A stretch of DNA of 64,000 bases. Source: Candidatus Kaiserbacteria bacterium. GTDB lineage: Bacteria; Patescibacteriota; Minisyncoccia; Phycocordibacterales; UBA918. Numbering within the stretch: the stretch's first letter is position 1; the number at the start of each line of letters is the position of its first letter. Both the position numbers and the translations under genes were made by a program. Below are positions 20,342 through 30,095 of this stretch, one piece after another. Below the pieces are notes generated by a model that saw only the letters and a program-made list of their open reading frames with translations, did not search any database and was not told the DNA's origin. The stretch lies in NCBI GenBank assembly GCA_031430855.1, contig JANPCG010000013.1, forward strand, positions 26,347 through 90,346, given 5' to 3'.

Positions 20342-20758
20342 ATGGAAATTAAAAACGGTTACTACAGGCTCAGCGTAAAGGCACTTATTTTTGACTATAC
20401 GCTAACAAAATTTCTACTAGTTCAAGAAGATAACGGTAAATGGGAGCTACCTGGAGGTGGTTTAGATTGGGGAGAGAGTCCCGAGGAGGGAATCCGGCGC
20501 GAGATAAAAGAAGAGATGGGGCTTACAGTTACTTGTGTCGCAAGTCAGCCGACATATCTCACAACTGTCGCCCGGGATAGTGATGGTAGGTGGATAGCAA
20601 ATGTGCTATTTGAAACAGAAGTGAAAGACTTTAATTTCACTCCATCAAATGAATGTGTGGCATTAAAATTTGTTACGCCAGAAGAAGCAAAAAATTTACC
20701 TTTGTTTATTACGTTTAAAAAATTCTTAGAAGTTTTTGATGTAAATAATCATCTTTAG
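20342..20758 (+). CDS. NUDIX hydrolase
   Basis: Nudix box WELPGGGLDWGESPEEGIRREIKEEMG. Confidence 0.9.
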   Translation: MEIKNGYYRLSVKALIFDYTLTKFLLVQEDNGKWELPGGGLDWGESPEEGIRREIKEEMGLTVTCVASQPTYLTTVARDSDGRWIANVLFETEVKDFNFTPSNECVALKFVTPEEAKNLPLFITFKKFLEVFDVNNHL

Positions 20759-20831
20759 ATCACTTACTAAGATCGACTCCAACCTTTTTGCCTTTCTCGT
20801 AGTTCTAATCTATAGAAGCCAAAGGAGTTAA

Positions 20832-21164
20832 ATGATGAAACAACAACAACTCACTTTCACCGGAACCAGATTTTCAGCAGAAAGAAATAACCTCGAGGTC
20901 GGGCACGCGTATGTCTATCTGCTCCATAACGATTTACATGCCGAACCGTTTGCGCTGATTGAAGATATTCAGGTAGATGAAACTCATCAGGGTGAAGGAG
21001 TGGGTCGTGAGCTGATTGAGGCAGTTATGTCACATTCTCGCGAACGTGGTTGTTATAAAATCATTGCGACAAGTCGTAATGACGGCACTCGAGCAAGTGT
21101 TCACGATTGGTATGGGAGACTTGGATTCCAATCCTACGGAACCGAATTCAGAATGGATCTGTGA
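20832..21164 (+). CDS. GNAT-family acetyltransferase
   Basis: IEDIQVDETHQGEGVGRELI motif A; WYGRLGF. Confidence 0.85.
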   Translation: MMKQQQLTFTGTRFSAERNNLEVGHAYVYLLHNDLHAEPFALIEDIQVDETHQGEGVGRELIEAVMSHSRERGCYKIIATSRNDGTRASVHDWYGRLGFQSYGTEFRMDL

Positions 21165-21242
21165 AAACCTGACCTGCCTCCTTGACTAAAGTGTAAAGTC
21201 TTATATTGTATTTTCATACAGCATTTATGGGAGAAGTATAAA

Positions 21243-21620
21243 ATGCTCGATGGTAAGACGGATGGTTCTTTTGCTGACATCGCGCGTCAGTTGAGCGCCA
21301 ACAACAGCACGGCTGCGTTTGGTCGACTGATGGAAATGATGTATCAGGTTCAGTTTCTGTCACCAGAGGAAGTTGTTCCTCTCTGGCGCGTCTTGTACCT
21401 GATTCATCCGACTCTGCCTGCTAATTCCGTCGAGTGGAATGCCTGCAAGCAGATGCGTGATCTGGCCTGGGTGAGAATGCTCGACATCCTCCATTCCGCA
21501 GATTTCTATGACTACAACACGACGCAGGTCAGGGCAATCATTGGCGAATATTCGGAAAAGCCGGTGGAAAAAACTCGGACGAAGCTTCGATTCCTCGCTC
21601 ACGTGTTTGGCAGGAGATGA
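21243..21620 (+). CDS. Hypothetical protein
   Basis: ORF with TTGACT promoter, GGGAG SD and downstream terminator (21629-21660). Confidence 0.65.
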   Translation: MLDGKTDGSFADIARQLSANNSTAAFGRLMEMMYQVQFLSPEEVVPLWRVLYLIHPTLPANSVEWNACKQMRDLAWVRMLDILHSADFYDYNTTQVRAIIGEYSEKPVEKTRTKLRFLAHVFGRR

Positions 21621-21662
21621 CACAGACGAAAGAGGCGGTCCCACGGGACCGCCTCTTTTTCC

Positions 21663-22184
21663 TTACGGCTTGTGTACCTGAGACTTCACCTTGAGTTGCG
21701 TACTGCGGTTCTTGTCGAGCTTCGGTAGTCTAATCTCGAGCAGTCCATGCTTCTCTTGCGCATCAGCTTCGTCAATAATCACTTCTTCGGGGAGCAGTAG
21801 AGTGCGAGTGAAGCTGCCCCAGAACAGTTCACGGTGGAAGTAGTTATCATCTGACGCTTCCTGATATTCCTCGCGGATACCACGAATGGTTACCATATCG
21901 CGGGTAATAGCGATATCAAGATCATTTGGGCTGACTCCCGCTACTAAGGCCCGAATGATGATAGCATCATTGGTTTGGTACATATCAACCGGTAGCTCAC
22001 CTTCTTGCGGAGTATGGTCTTCGTTCGGGTCGTCGTGCCATGATTCTTCTTGGTCGCTGTAGGGCTGTTGAGCACGAGGCGCATCTTCTTCAGCGCCAAA
22101 TTCATGCTCATCATCAAGAATACGATCGTATTCGCTTGCGCTAACGCCGCCCGTAAGTCGTTCTAAAAATGATGGTTTTTTCAT
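21663..22184 (-). CDS. Small heat-shock protein Hsp20
   Basis: PVDMYQT..IIIRALVAGV, RELFWGSFTRTLLLP, GLLEIRLPK. Confidence 0.9.
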   Translation of the reverse strand: MKKPSFLERLTGGVSASEYDRILDDEHEFGAEEDAPRAQQPYSDQEESWHDDPNEDHTPQEGELPVDMYQTNDAIIIRALVAGVSPNDLDIAITRDMVTIRGIREEYQEASDDNYFHRELFWGSFTRTLLLPEEVIIDEADAQEKHGLLEIRLPKLDKNRSTQLKVKSQVHKP

Positions 22185-22187
22185 AGT

Positions 22188-22886
22188 TTATTGTAGGGGA
22201 TAGGATTTCGCTTCAATGTGTTTTATTTTTTCAAATAGCAAGAAGAGAATAATGATTCCAATCCAGACGAAGAGAAACACTCCAAGGATAGTTTCTCCGC
22301 TTGCATCCATTATAAAAAAGTTAAACAGGGCATGCAATACGATAGCAAGGCATAACCCCAGCATACCATAGAGTAACTTAGCCGCATTTGATTTATAAAA
22401 GGCAAAAGCTAAGAATACTCCCACGGTACCCGAGGCTAATACATGCAGGAGGGTAGCACCTAAGAAACGGAATGAACCAGTCAAGGTTGAGTTTAGGTAG
22501 TCACCAATAGTAATCGGATTAAGTATAAACAGAGCATTTTCAAGAGCCGCAAATCCTAACGCAATCGTAACCATGTAAATCACCATATCAATTGGTTCAT
22601 CAACGGCTCTATTCCAAAAGATGATAGCGAGAGCGAGAGCATATTTTAATACTTCTTCAATGATAACCCAAACATAAATCAAGTTATGTCCAGCGTAGAG
22701 GTCAATGGCGAGTCGCTGGAGGGGGAGTGCGAGAGGTACTACTGCCATACCCGCGATAAAGGTGATGGCAATCAGCAGGTATGGTTCGGGATGTTTTTTG
22801 TCTTCACGCAGCCAAAACCAAAGCCAAAATAAGGCGGGGATTAATCCGCTTACAATTGCAATTGCAAAGTGCGTTGAGTCAACCAT
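22188..22886 (-). CDS. PrsW-family intramembrane protease
   Basis: EDKKHPEP, IEEVLK, ALGFAALEN, H..ASG, HALFN motifs. Confidence 0.9.
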   Translation of the reverse strand: MVDSTHFAIAIVSGLIPALFWLWFWLREDKKHPEPYLLIAITFIAGMAVVPLALPLQRLAIDLYAGHNLIYVWVIIEEVLKYALALAIIFWNRAVDEPIDMVIYMVTIALGFAALENALFILNPITIGDYLNSTLTGSFRFLGATLLHVLASGTVGVFLAFAFYKSNAAKLLYGMLGLCLAIVLHALFNFFIMDASGETILGVFLFVWIGIIILFLLFEKIKHIEAKSYPLQ

Positions 22887-22970
22887 ATGAGACGTCTTTA
22901 TTGTAGCAAGAAAGTGTGCGGCCGGGCGGCCGCACACTGTACATCTGGTGTAGCCAGAAGCGCGAAAAGG

Positions 22971-25160
22971 TTACTTCGAACCTGGCCATTTTGCGACCAT
23001 AATCATGTCAGAGTCTTTCATTTCAGCTGGTAATTCCTGCCAAATAGCTTCGGTGATAAACGGCATGTATGGATGCAAAACCTTTAGTGAAGTAATGAGG
23101 TGTGTAACCAAGAGGCGTTTTTGTGACTGCACAACCTTTACATCAGTGGAAGCGAGGAGTGGTTTTGAAGCTTCAATTAACTCATCGGCAAAATAGGTCC
23201 AGACAAAGTGGTAAATTCTCTCAGATGCCAAATCAAACCGGTTGTTGTCCATTAGTGAACTAATTTCAGTAATCTGTGCCGTTAAGATTGTATTGATGAT
23301 TTCAGCATCGGTTTCAGTGAAAGGAGCGTTCGGTTGGTACTCTTCTGTTGAAGAGAGAACAAAGCGAGTGATATTCCAAATCTTGTTCGCAAATTTCTTG
23401 TAGGCGTTGACCTTGTCTGGGTCGAGATTCATGTCAGACCCTGGCGCATTATTTACCATCAGTGCCATCCGTAAGGCGTCAGTTCCATATTTATCTTGAA
23501 TCTCACTCGGAGCAATGACATTTCCCTTACTCTTACTCATTTTTTTACCGTGTTTGTCTCGGACCATACCATGGAGGTACACGTACTTAAATGGCACATT
23601 GCCTGTCCGGTAGAGTCCCAGCATAATCATGCGAGCTACCCAGAAGAAAATGATGTCTTTACCGGTTTCCATGACTGAAGTTGGGTAGTAGTTTTTGAAA
23701 TCAGTACTGTCGGGGTAGTTAAGAGTTGCTAATGGCCATTGCCCGCTACTAAACCAGGTATCAAAGGTATCAGGGTCAGCCACGACTGTACCTCCGCACG
23801 CAGTACATTCAGTTACCGTGTTAGCTAAATCCACCATCCCGGCATCACAATCAACACAGATTTTGGCCGGAATCGGAATGCCCCAAATGACCTGGCGGGA
23901 AATGTTCCAGTCTTCGATTTTGTCCATCCAATCACGGAACACACGTTCATCCCGGTCAGTTGAGAAGGAAAACGCTTTGGCGTTGACCGCTGCTACGGCT
24001 TTTTCCGCTAAAGGTTTGGTTTTAACAAACCACTGTGCCCGGATTTGCGGTTCAATTTCTCGGTCACACTTGTAGCAACAGGGAACTGAGTGAGTATAAT
24101 TTTCATCAACTCGCACCAGCAGTCCCTTCTCGGCTAATTTCTCGACAATTTTTTCGCGCGCCTCCTTGATATTCATTCCCGTAAACTCACCGGCAATCGG
24201 TAAGAGTTTACCTTGCCAGTTTATAATTTGTTCGTAGTCGAGGTTGTGGCGTTTTGCTACCTGAAAGTCGATACCTGAATGCCAGGGCGTGATGGTCATT
24301 GCCCCGGAACCCATCTCAGGATCACCAGCCTCATCTTTAATAACCGTTGCGGTAATTGGACCATTAATCCATTCTAGTTCAATTTGTTGACCATGAGTGT
24401 ACTGCGCATACTGAGCATCATCAGGATGCATCACTACGTACTTGTCACCAAATTTCGTTTCAGGGCGGGCCGTTCCAATCACAAATGGTCCATATTGAAA
24501 ATAATAGAATTTATCGACGCGTTCAATGTGTTCAGTCTCGAGGTTTGAAAGCGAGGTCTGATGTTTTGAACACCAGTTCACAATCCGAGCACCCCGGTAG
24601 AGGAGATTATCTTTTTCGAGCTGTAGGAACGTATCGTAGACTGTTTTAATCACTCGGTCATCAAGCGTAAAAAGAGCACGTGACCAATCACATGAGGCAC
24701 CAAGCGCTCGGATTTGTCCTTCCATAAATGATTTGTTGGACAGCGTAAAATCCATGATTTCCTTGTAGAGGTCCTTGGGGTCCATCGTAAATCGTGAACG
24801 CCCCTCCTTTTCGAGCTTCTTTTCATATACCACTTGTGTTTCAAAGCCAGCGTGGTCAGCACCAGGTAGCCACAGGGTTCGTTTTCCTTGCATACGAGCA
24901 TAGCGAATCATAATGTCTTGTATGGTCACAAAGAGTGCGTGTCCAGCATGGAGAGAACCATTTGCGTTTGGCGGTGGCATGACAATCGAAAATGTTTCAG
25001 CATCAGAGGCAGTGATGCCTTTCTCAATACAGACATCAGGATTAAAATACCCCGAATTTTCCCACATCGCGTATAGCTTGTTCTCGTAGTCTTGAGCACT
25101 AAAGGGCTTTAGAAAGATTGGCGGAATATTAGGGATTTCAGCGTTATTTTGTGGGTTCAT
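22971..25160 (-). CDS. valS: Valine--tRNA ligase (short form lacking the C-terminal coiled coil)
   Basis: PPPNANGSLHAGHA (HIGH), DWNISRQ..WG, DTWFSS, KMSKS. Confidence 0.93.
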   Translation of the reverse strand: MNPQNNAEIPNIPPIFLKPFSAQDYENKLYAMWENSGYFNPDVCIEKGITASDAETFSIVMPPPNANGSLHAGHALFVTIQDIMIRYARMQGKRTLWLPGADHAGFETQVVYEKKLEKEGRSRFTMDPKDLYKEIMDFTLSNKSFMEGQIRALGASCDWSRALFTLDDRVIKTVYDTFLQLEKDNLLYRGARIVNWCSKHQTSLSNLETEHIERVDKFYYFQYGPFVIGTARPETKFGDKYVVMHPDDAQYAQYTHGQQIELEWINGPITATVIKDEAGDPEMGSGAMTITPWHSGIDFQVAKRHNLDYEQIINWQGKLLPIAGEFTGMNIKEAREKIVEKLAEKGLLVRVDENYTHSVPCCYKCDREIEPQIRAQWFVKTKPLAEKAVAAVNAKAFSFSTDRDERVFRDWMDKIEDWNISRQVIWGIPIPAKICVDCDAGMVDLANTVTECTACGGTVVADPDTFDTWFSSGQWPLATLNYPDSTDFKNYYPTSVMETGKDIIFFWVARMIMLGLYRTGNVPFKYVYLHGMVRDKHGKKMSKSKGNVIAPSEIQDKYGTDALRMALMVNNAPGSDMNLDPDKVNAYKKFANKIWNITRFVLSSTEEYQPNAPFTETDAEIINTILTAQITEISSLMDNNRFDLASERIYHFVWTYFADELIEASKPLLASTDVKVVQSQKRLLVTHLITSLKVLHPYMPFITEAIWQELPAEMKDSDMIMVAKWPGSK

Positions 25161-25239
25161 AGTTTTGAAATCGTAGCATGAAATACTAGGGAGAGAAAGG
25201 AAAACCCGCACGCGCTCACGCGTGCGGGGGAAGACCTCA

Positions 25240-25410
25240 TTAGAGGTCAGTCACAAACTCATCGTCCGGTCTTTTCCAGCCCGAAAAAGGGTTGGGTGCC
25301 GTTTTTTCGGCAGGATCGAGAACTGGTTTCTTTTTGTCTTCACCAGCGCCCTCTTTGGCATTAGTGGGAAAGACGGGTGATTGGTTGCCTTCAGGAACAA
25401 ACGTGGTCAT
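25240..25410 (-). CDS. Small hypothetical protein (56 aa)
   Basis: ATG at 25410 preceded by purine-rich GAGGGAAAGGAAA; terminator-like hairpin at 25204-25230. Confidence 0.5.
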   Translation of the reverse strand: MTTFVPEGNQSPVFPTNAKEGAGEDKKKPVLDPAEKTAPNPFSGWKRPDDEFVTDL

Positions 25411-25493
25411 GATATTTTCCTTTCCCTCATTCGACACGCCTTTTGCGGGTCGAGGGGGCAGGTTTTGTATAAAACAATCCGGCTCGACCAACA

Positions 25494-25625
25494 AAAAACG
25501 GGGTTCCCGTTTTGGGAACCCCGTTTCGTTTGGTGTGATAGTTATTTTGACATCACGAACACAAACCCAGGGTTCCCGGTGGTAAACCAAAAAAAGAAAT
25601 AGGCAACTGCGTGTGCTGTCTGCAT
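25494..25625 (-). promoter_or_regulatory. Candidate leader-peptide attenuator
   Basis: 27-codon uORF (25625-25542) with YFFFWF run, followed by GC hairpin plus U-tract; GGGAACCC in the uORF can pair with the terminator 5' arm. Confidence 0.5.
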
Positions 25626-25922
25626 GTTTTTAGATAGTATCACAAAAATAAAAAAGACAAAATTAAGTCCTAGGGGTACCCAATAGAACCAGGAAGGGTT
25701 CAAAAGTTTAAATTACAATACACATTTACCAGGTACGAGGCCTTGCCTCGTACTTACAAAAAATGTGGTGTAATATTTAAAAACTCTATCTAGAGTGAGC
25801 GGTTGCCTTTGGTTTGTAAATTATGATAAAAATCAGACTTTGTAATTAGTGATGATTATTTTATAAAAACATAAACCGCTTTGATGAAACGGCATATGTC
25901 CGTTTTCATCAAAGCGGCTTTT

Positions 25923-26684
25923 TCACCAGTAGGCGGTTGGATTGTGACGTAGAGGGAAATGCTGGTCTGCATAAGCCAGAGCATTCAGAGACGTCTGTTG
26001 CTTCGAAGCGGTGTCTCGGTGATAGTGCCACGCGCCCCACTCGGCTTTCTTGCGGTCGAGAAAGAAAACATCGATACCGTCGCAACCCTCGTCGTTTGAC
26101 CAAGGCACCAGTTTAACTGCCGGTACGAGCGTCAGTTCCCCGATCCAGTTGGGGTCGAAATATCCCCGGACCTGTCCCTTTTCATCTTGAAGACAGGCCT
26201 TTGGCAAATATTTCAACCATGAACCACCACGTATTGCCACAGACCAGGTTTCGGGAATGGTGCCGTCGACCGACGTTGCATTTTCGTGGGTTTTTCCGAG
26301 TGTGATACCCCACCGAGCTAGCAGCTCCTGATTTGTCACGCCTGTGTAGATGGGATGTTCGTTGAGTCTCCATGGCATTTCAGATCTTGTCAGTATATCA
26401 GAACGCCTACGAACTATGATCCTGAAGTTTTCTTCAGAAGTTAGAGCTCGCTTTTCGGTGGTTTCGAGCTTTGCTTCTGTTTCAGTAAGACTCTCCATCA
26501 ACCCCGCAATTTTTACCTCAGCAACAATGTATTTGAACGTGACCGAGCGCGGGTGGAATGTTTTCTTGGTTGTTGTGTTGGTGACGGACAGAAAGTCAGT
26601 TTCCAGACCTTCTAGCGCTCGCCAATCGGCACGTATGTCCCACACAACACCGTCTACTTTAAGCGGACGGGTTATTTCTACCAT
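25923..26684 (-). CDS. Hypothetical protein
   Basis: Long ORF; ATG 26684 with GGGAG SD and TTGACA promoter upstream. Confidence 0.6.
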   Translation of the reverse strand: MVEITRPLKVDGVVWDIRADWRALEGLETDFLSVTNTTTKKTFHPRSVTFKYIVAEVKIAGLMESLTETEAKLETTEKRALTSEENFRIIVRRRSDILTRSEMPWRLNEHPIYTGVTNQELLARWGITLGKTHENATSVDGTIPETWSVAIRGGSWLKYLPKACLQDEKGQVRGYFDPNWIGELTLVPAVKLVPWSNDEGCDGIDVFFLDRKKAEWGAWHYHRDTASKQQTSLNALAYADQHFPLRHNPTAYW

Positions 26685-26762
26685 GGCGTATCTCCCAATT
26701 TTTATGACATGTTGCCACAAATCTATTTCGTATTAAAACAAATAAATATATGAATGTCAATT

Positions 26763-27935
26763 TTATAGACTACGGTTGCCTTCTGCTTGAATAAGAGGAA
26801 TAGCGCCTGCCGTACGGGCGGTAGTTGCGTGCGCGTGACCGGCCAAAGCAATCATTATGCTGTTATCAGTTGAGAGTTTTCGCTTAGGTAAATAGATTTC
26901 AACATCAGGGTGAGTGGTAAGGAGCGTCGTTTCAAAACTGCGGCGAATATATTCGTTTGCACTTACGCCACCACCTATGACTAACGTGTGAGCATTATGA
27001 GTATCAATGGCGGTCGAAGTTTTTTTAATCAAGACTTCGGTCACGGCATCTTCAAAATCTCTGGCGAGAGCATTTTTATCCGTCTCAGTCATGACCGTGT
27101 CACCGATGGAGTTACGGACGGCTGTTTTGATTCCCGAAAATGAGAAATCAAGGTCACCTGACTGCAGCATCGGACGCGGGAGCTTGTCTCTAAATGGTGG
27201 CAGATTTCCGGTTCGTGCAATGGCAGCTCGTTTTCCAACCTCTGGCCCACCAGGGTAGTCTAGTCCCATCATACGCGCGACTTTATCAAAGGCTTCACCA
27301 ACTGCGTCATCCCGGGTCTCACCAATTTTTTCGTATTTGACCCAATCGCGCATGAGAACCAGTTCGGTGTGTCCACCAGAAATCAAAAGGGCAATCGCGG
27401 GGAACTGAATTGGGGCGAGTCCGTCATCAACTTCGACATCAAATACGGACGCGAGCACATGTCCCTCCATGTGATTAACTGGGGAGACCGGACACTTTAA
27501 AACTGCTGCTAATGCCTTCGCGAAACTCACGCCGACCCATAAGGCTGGTGCAAGTCCGGGACCTGAGGTAACGGCAATCAAATCAATTTCAGGCAGTTCG
27601 TAGTCGGTGAGAAAGGTTAGCAGTGCATCACTGAGTCCGTCTTCACGTTCAAGCAAGGTAGAGATATTTTGTAGAATGCTTTCTGATACGGCAGTAGTGG
27701 CAGGAATGAGTAGTTCTGCTTCACTCAGGGCTTCTTTGAGGATAGGAACTAATTTAAGCGCGTGTTCACGCTTAGCGACCTGAGGAAAGACACCGCCAAA
27801 TTCTTTATGGATATCGATTTGTGAAAACAGGGCGTTCCCTAAAATTTCATAGGTTGCACTCGGAAAATCTCCGGTGGCCCGGACGAGGCTGATGGCCGTT
27901 TCATCACAGCTTGTTTCAATTGAGAGAATTAACAT
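26763..27935 (-). CDS. tsaD: tRNA t6A synthesis protein TsaD
   Basis: LSIETSCDET, TSGPGL, NHMEGH, SGGHT, TRDDAVGEAFDK, GGVSAN, STDN. Confidence 0.95.
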   Translation of the reverse strand: MLILSIETSCDETAISLVRATGDFPSATYEILGNALFSQIDIHKEFGGVFPQVAKREHALKLVPILKEALSEAELLIPATTAVSESILQNISTLLEREDGLSDALLTFLTDYELPEIDLIAVTSGPGLAPALWVGVSFAKALAAVLKCPVSPVNHMEGHVLASVFDVEVDDGLAPIQFPAIALLISGGHTELVLMRDWVKYEKIGETRDDAVGEAFDKVARMMGLDYPGGPEVGKRAAIARTGNLPPFRDKLPRPMLQSGDLDFSFSGIKTAVRNSIGDTVMTETDKNALARDFEDAVTEVLIKKTSTAIDTHNAHTLVIGGGVSANEYIRRSFETTLLTTHPDVEIYLPKRKLSTDNSIMIALAGHAHATTARTAGAIPLIQAEGNRSL

Positions 27936-27989
27936 ACAGGTATCCGCCACTATAGCAGAAAACCTCGTTTCTACTAGATGTACTCTCTT

Positions 27990-28853
27990 TTATGACAAAA
28001 AGGTAAAGGGGAGGGAAGAAAAGTCAGGGACGCGAATGCTGGCAGCGTTTTTGTGGCCACCACCACCAAACTTTTCAGCTATCGTGCGTGCATCGACTTC
28101 TTTACTGCTCCGGAGCGAGCAATGAACGGCACCATCATAACGATAGTACACAATTCCAAGGCCGATGCGACCTTCTTGTTTGTTTAAGTCTGCCAGATGG
28201 TGTCCAACAATTGACCGGTAGAGTCGCTCCGCATTCACGACGTATAGCTCATGTCCTTCGAATGAGACACGTTCCCGGAACCCTACAATCTTTTCGACGA
28301 TGGTATCTTCGAAGCGTGAAATGATATCACCATGTTCAATAAATTTATTAAAATGCAGGCGGTCCTCGAGGTTTTGGTTTAGCTGATGCCAGGTTTCAAA
28401 ATCCTGAGTGTATTCACCTAAGGCGGCAGAAAATTCGCGAGTATGTTCCATCGATTTTTTCCAAATATCTTGGTCTTCAATATATAAGAGTAATTTAGGG
28501 ACGGGTGTATCAGGGTGGAAATACTGCCAGGTCAATACAGCACCAGAGTGGTTGTTATCAAATACGTTGCCGGGGAAGCTCGTGACTGCGTCTTGTCCAC
28601 TTTCATGGTGATCAATCACGACTACTTTTTTATTGGTCGCGACGAGTTCGTCTAAAATTTCTTTACTATAGCTATAGTCAACAATGTAGAGCTCTTTGTT
28701 CGTCAGTCCCTCTGGTCGATCGTCTTGGGTTTTGACGGGAATGTATGAGGCTTCGTCTCCGAACACGGTCCACGCAGCATAGGCTGAGCCAAATCCGTCG
28801 CGGCATTGGGCATGGTAAATAATAACGATGTCTTTAAGATGTGGTGAAGTCAT
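27990..28853 (-). CDS. DHH/DHHA1 family phosphoesterase
   Basis: YH..C.DG, IDHH, SLRS, GGGGHKNAA. Confidence 0.9.
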   Translation of the reverse strand: MTSPHLKDIVIIYHAQCRDGFGSAYAAWTVFGDEASYIPVKTQDDRPEGLTNKELYIVDYSYSKEILDELVATNKKVVVIDHHESGQDAVTSFPGNVFDNNHSGAVLTWQYFHPDTPVPKLLLYIEDQDIWKKSMEHTREFSAALGEYTQDFETWHQLNQNLEDRLHFNKFIEHGDIISRFEDTIVEKIVGFRERVSFEGHELYVVNAERLYRSIVGHHLADLNKQEGRIGLGIVYYRYDGAVHCSLRSSKEVDARTIAEKFGGGGHKNAASIRVPDFSSLPFTFLS

Positions 28854-29046
28854 ATGGGAATTAGTATACCATCCAAAAAATTGAGACAAAAATAAAGCGC
28901 GTTCCAGGGAGACGCGCCTTGTGGTAGGAGAGGGGTGGACCGCTAAGGCCCGTGGGTGTCAAAGCAGTAGTCTGCCTCTCCTCCAAATATAATACTCCTT
29001 ATTATTTATATGTAAAGGGGAGGTGGGGATAACGTATTACTGGTCG

Positions 29047-29220
29047 TCCTGACGGTCACAAATTCGCTTGCGCTCATAAGTGCCGTGGGACACGACTCGC
29101 GGTTTCGGCATTAGGAATAGCCGAAACAACGCTCCGTCGTTCGATCCCTGGACGAAACATGCGCAGGCATGTTTCTTATGCGCACAAAATAAAACCGCCC
29201 AGGAGGGCGGTTTTATTTTG
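29047..29220 (-). repeat. Type A' composite element after tRNA-Val
   Basis: TCCTGACGGTCAC..GTGCCGTGGGACACG hairpin, split inverted tRNA 3' copy with 25-nt insert 29152-29176, palindromic spacer. Confidence 0.75.
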
Positions 29221-29294
29221 TGCGCATACCAGGGATCGAACCTGGGACCTTCCGCATGTCATGCGGACGCTCTAACCAGCTGAGCTATACGCGC
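29221..29294 (-). tRNA. tRNA-Val(GAC)
   Basis: GCGCGTATAGCTCAGCTGGTTAGAGC...AT-GAC-AT...GGTTCGATCCC. Confidence 0.95.
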
Positions 29295-29370
29295 GGTAGT
29301 GGACAGTATACTCAAGTCTTTTAAATCTGCAAAGTAAAACCCACCCAAGTCTGGCGTGACAAGGGTGGGG

Positions 29371-29565
29371 CTAGTAGTTACGGAGATATTCCGTAACTGC
29401 GGCATGGGCAATCTCAGTTGCCGACATGTTGAGTTTTGCTTCAATCTCAAGGAGGCGATTACGAACCGAGTCGTTACCAGCTGCAAGAGCTGCCACGAGC
29501 TGGGCGTGTTCAATCACCAGGTACTTCTTCTCGCTGTCATCCATGATTTCGTCCTTACTTGACAT
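29371..29565 (-). CDS. Small hypothetical protein
   Basis: ORF overlapping the stop of the upstream gene; helical composition. Confidence 0.5.
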   Translation of the reverse strand: MSSKDEIMDDSEKKYLVIEHAQLVAALAAGNDSVRNRLLEIEAKLNMSATEIAHAAVTEYLRNY

Positions 29566-30004
29566 ACATTGAATATGTTAGCATAATTGCAAACTTTCCG
29601 CAAGCGGCTCGTTCAACCTGTCCTGCTGGGGCTAAAACCCGCATCCATGAGTTATCGCGTTCGGCGTCATTCAGTTTGCGGGAGAGGATTTTAATACTAT
29701 CAATAAGAGTGTTATGTAAGCGGGTGCGCTCGCTGTCCATTTGGGGAAATATTTCTCGCCATTCTTCATCAGTGTAGATTGCTCTGTTTTTGAGCGCTTC
29801 TCCCATTTTCCAGACATCGTTACTGTAGCGAATTGCATAGTTTTTAAACTGTTCAAGTGCCCGTTCACAGAAATCGTCTCCAGCACAAAGAGTTTCAAGT
29901 TCAGCGTAGGTAATAGGGAGATCGAGTTTTAAGCCTTTTTCTACCTTCGTGTTCATATTATCAATGAACGCAGGTGATGGGGTTGGTGTACCTTCTGTTG
30001 TCAT
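29555..30004 (-). CDS. Hypothetical helical protein (possibly DUF3232-like)
   Basis: D.ERTRLHN.LID.I.IL.R motif; family assignment from memory, tentative. Confidence 0.55.
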   Translation of the reverse strand: MTTEGTPTPSPAFIDNMNTKVEKGLKLDLPITYAELETLCAGDDFCERALEQFKNYAIRYSNDVWKMGEALKNRAIYTDEEWREIFPQMDSERTRLHNTLIDSIKILSRKLNDAERDNSWMRVLAPAGQVERAACGKFAIMLTYSMYVK

Positions 30005-30095
30005 ATCGCAATAGTATACACGAGAGTGTGCGTAACTTTGAAACAAATACTACGGTACTATATAGCATAGACGCTATACATTATTTTAAATTTTT

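Noticed and set aside
25161-25640. T-box riboswitch for valS
   Set aside because: No TGGnACC T-box antiterminator or stem I motifs were recognised on the valS strand; the leader-peptide model fits better.
30005-30095. glmS ribozyme
   Set aside because: Only ~90 bp of AT-rich divergent intergenic DNA, with no ribozyme core visible.
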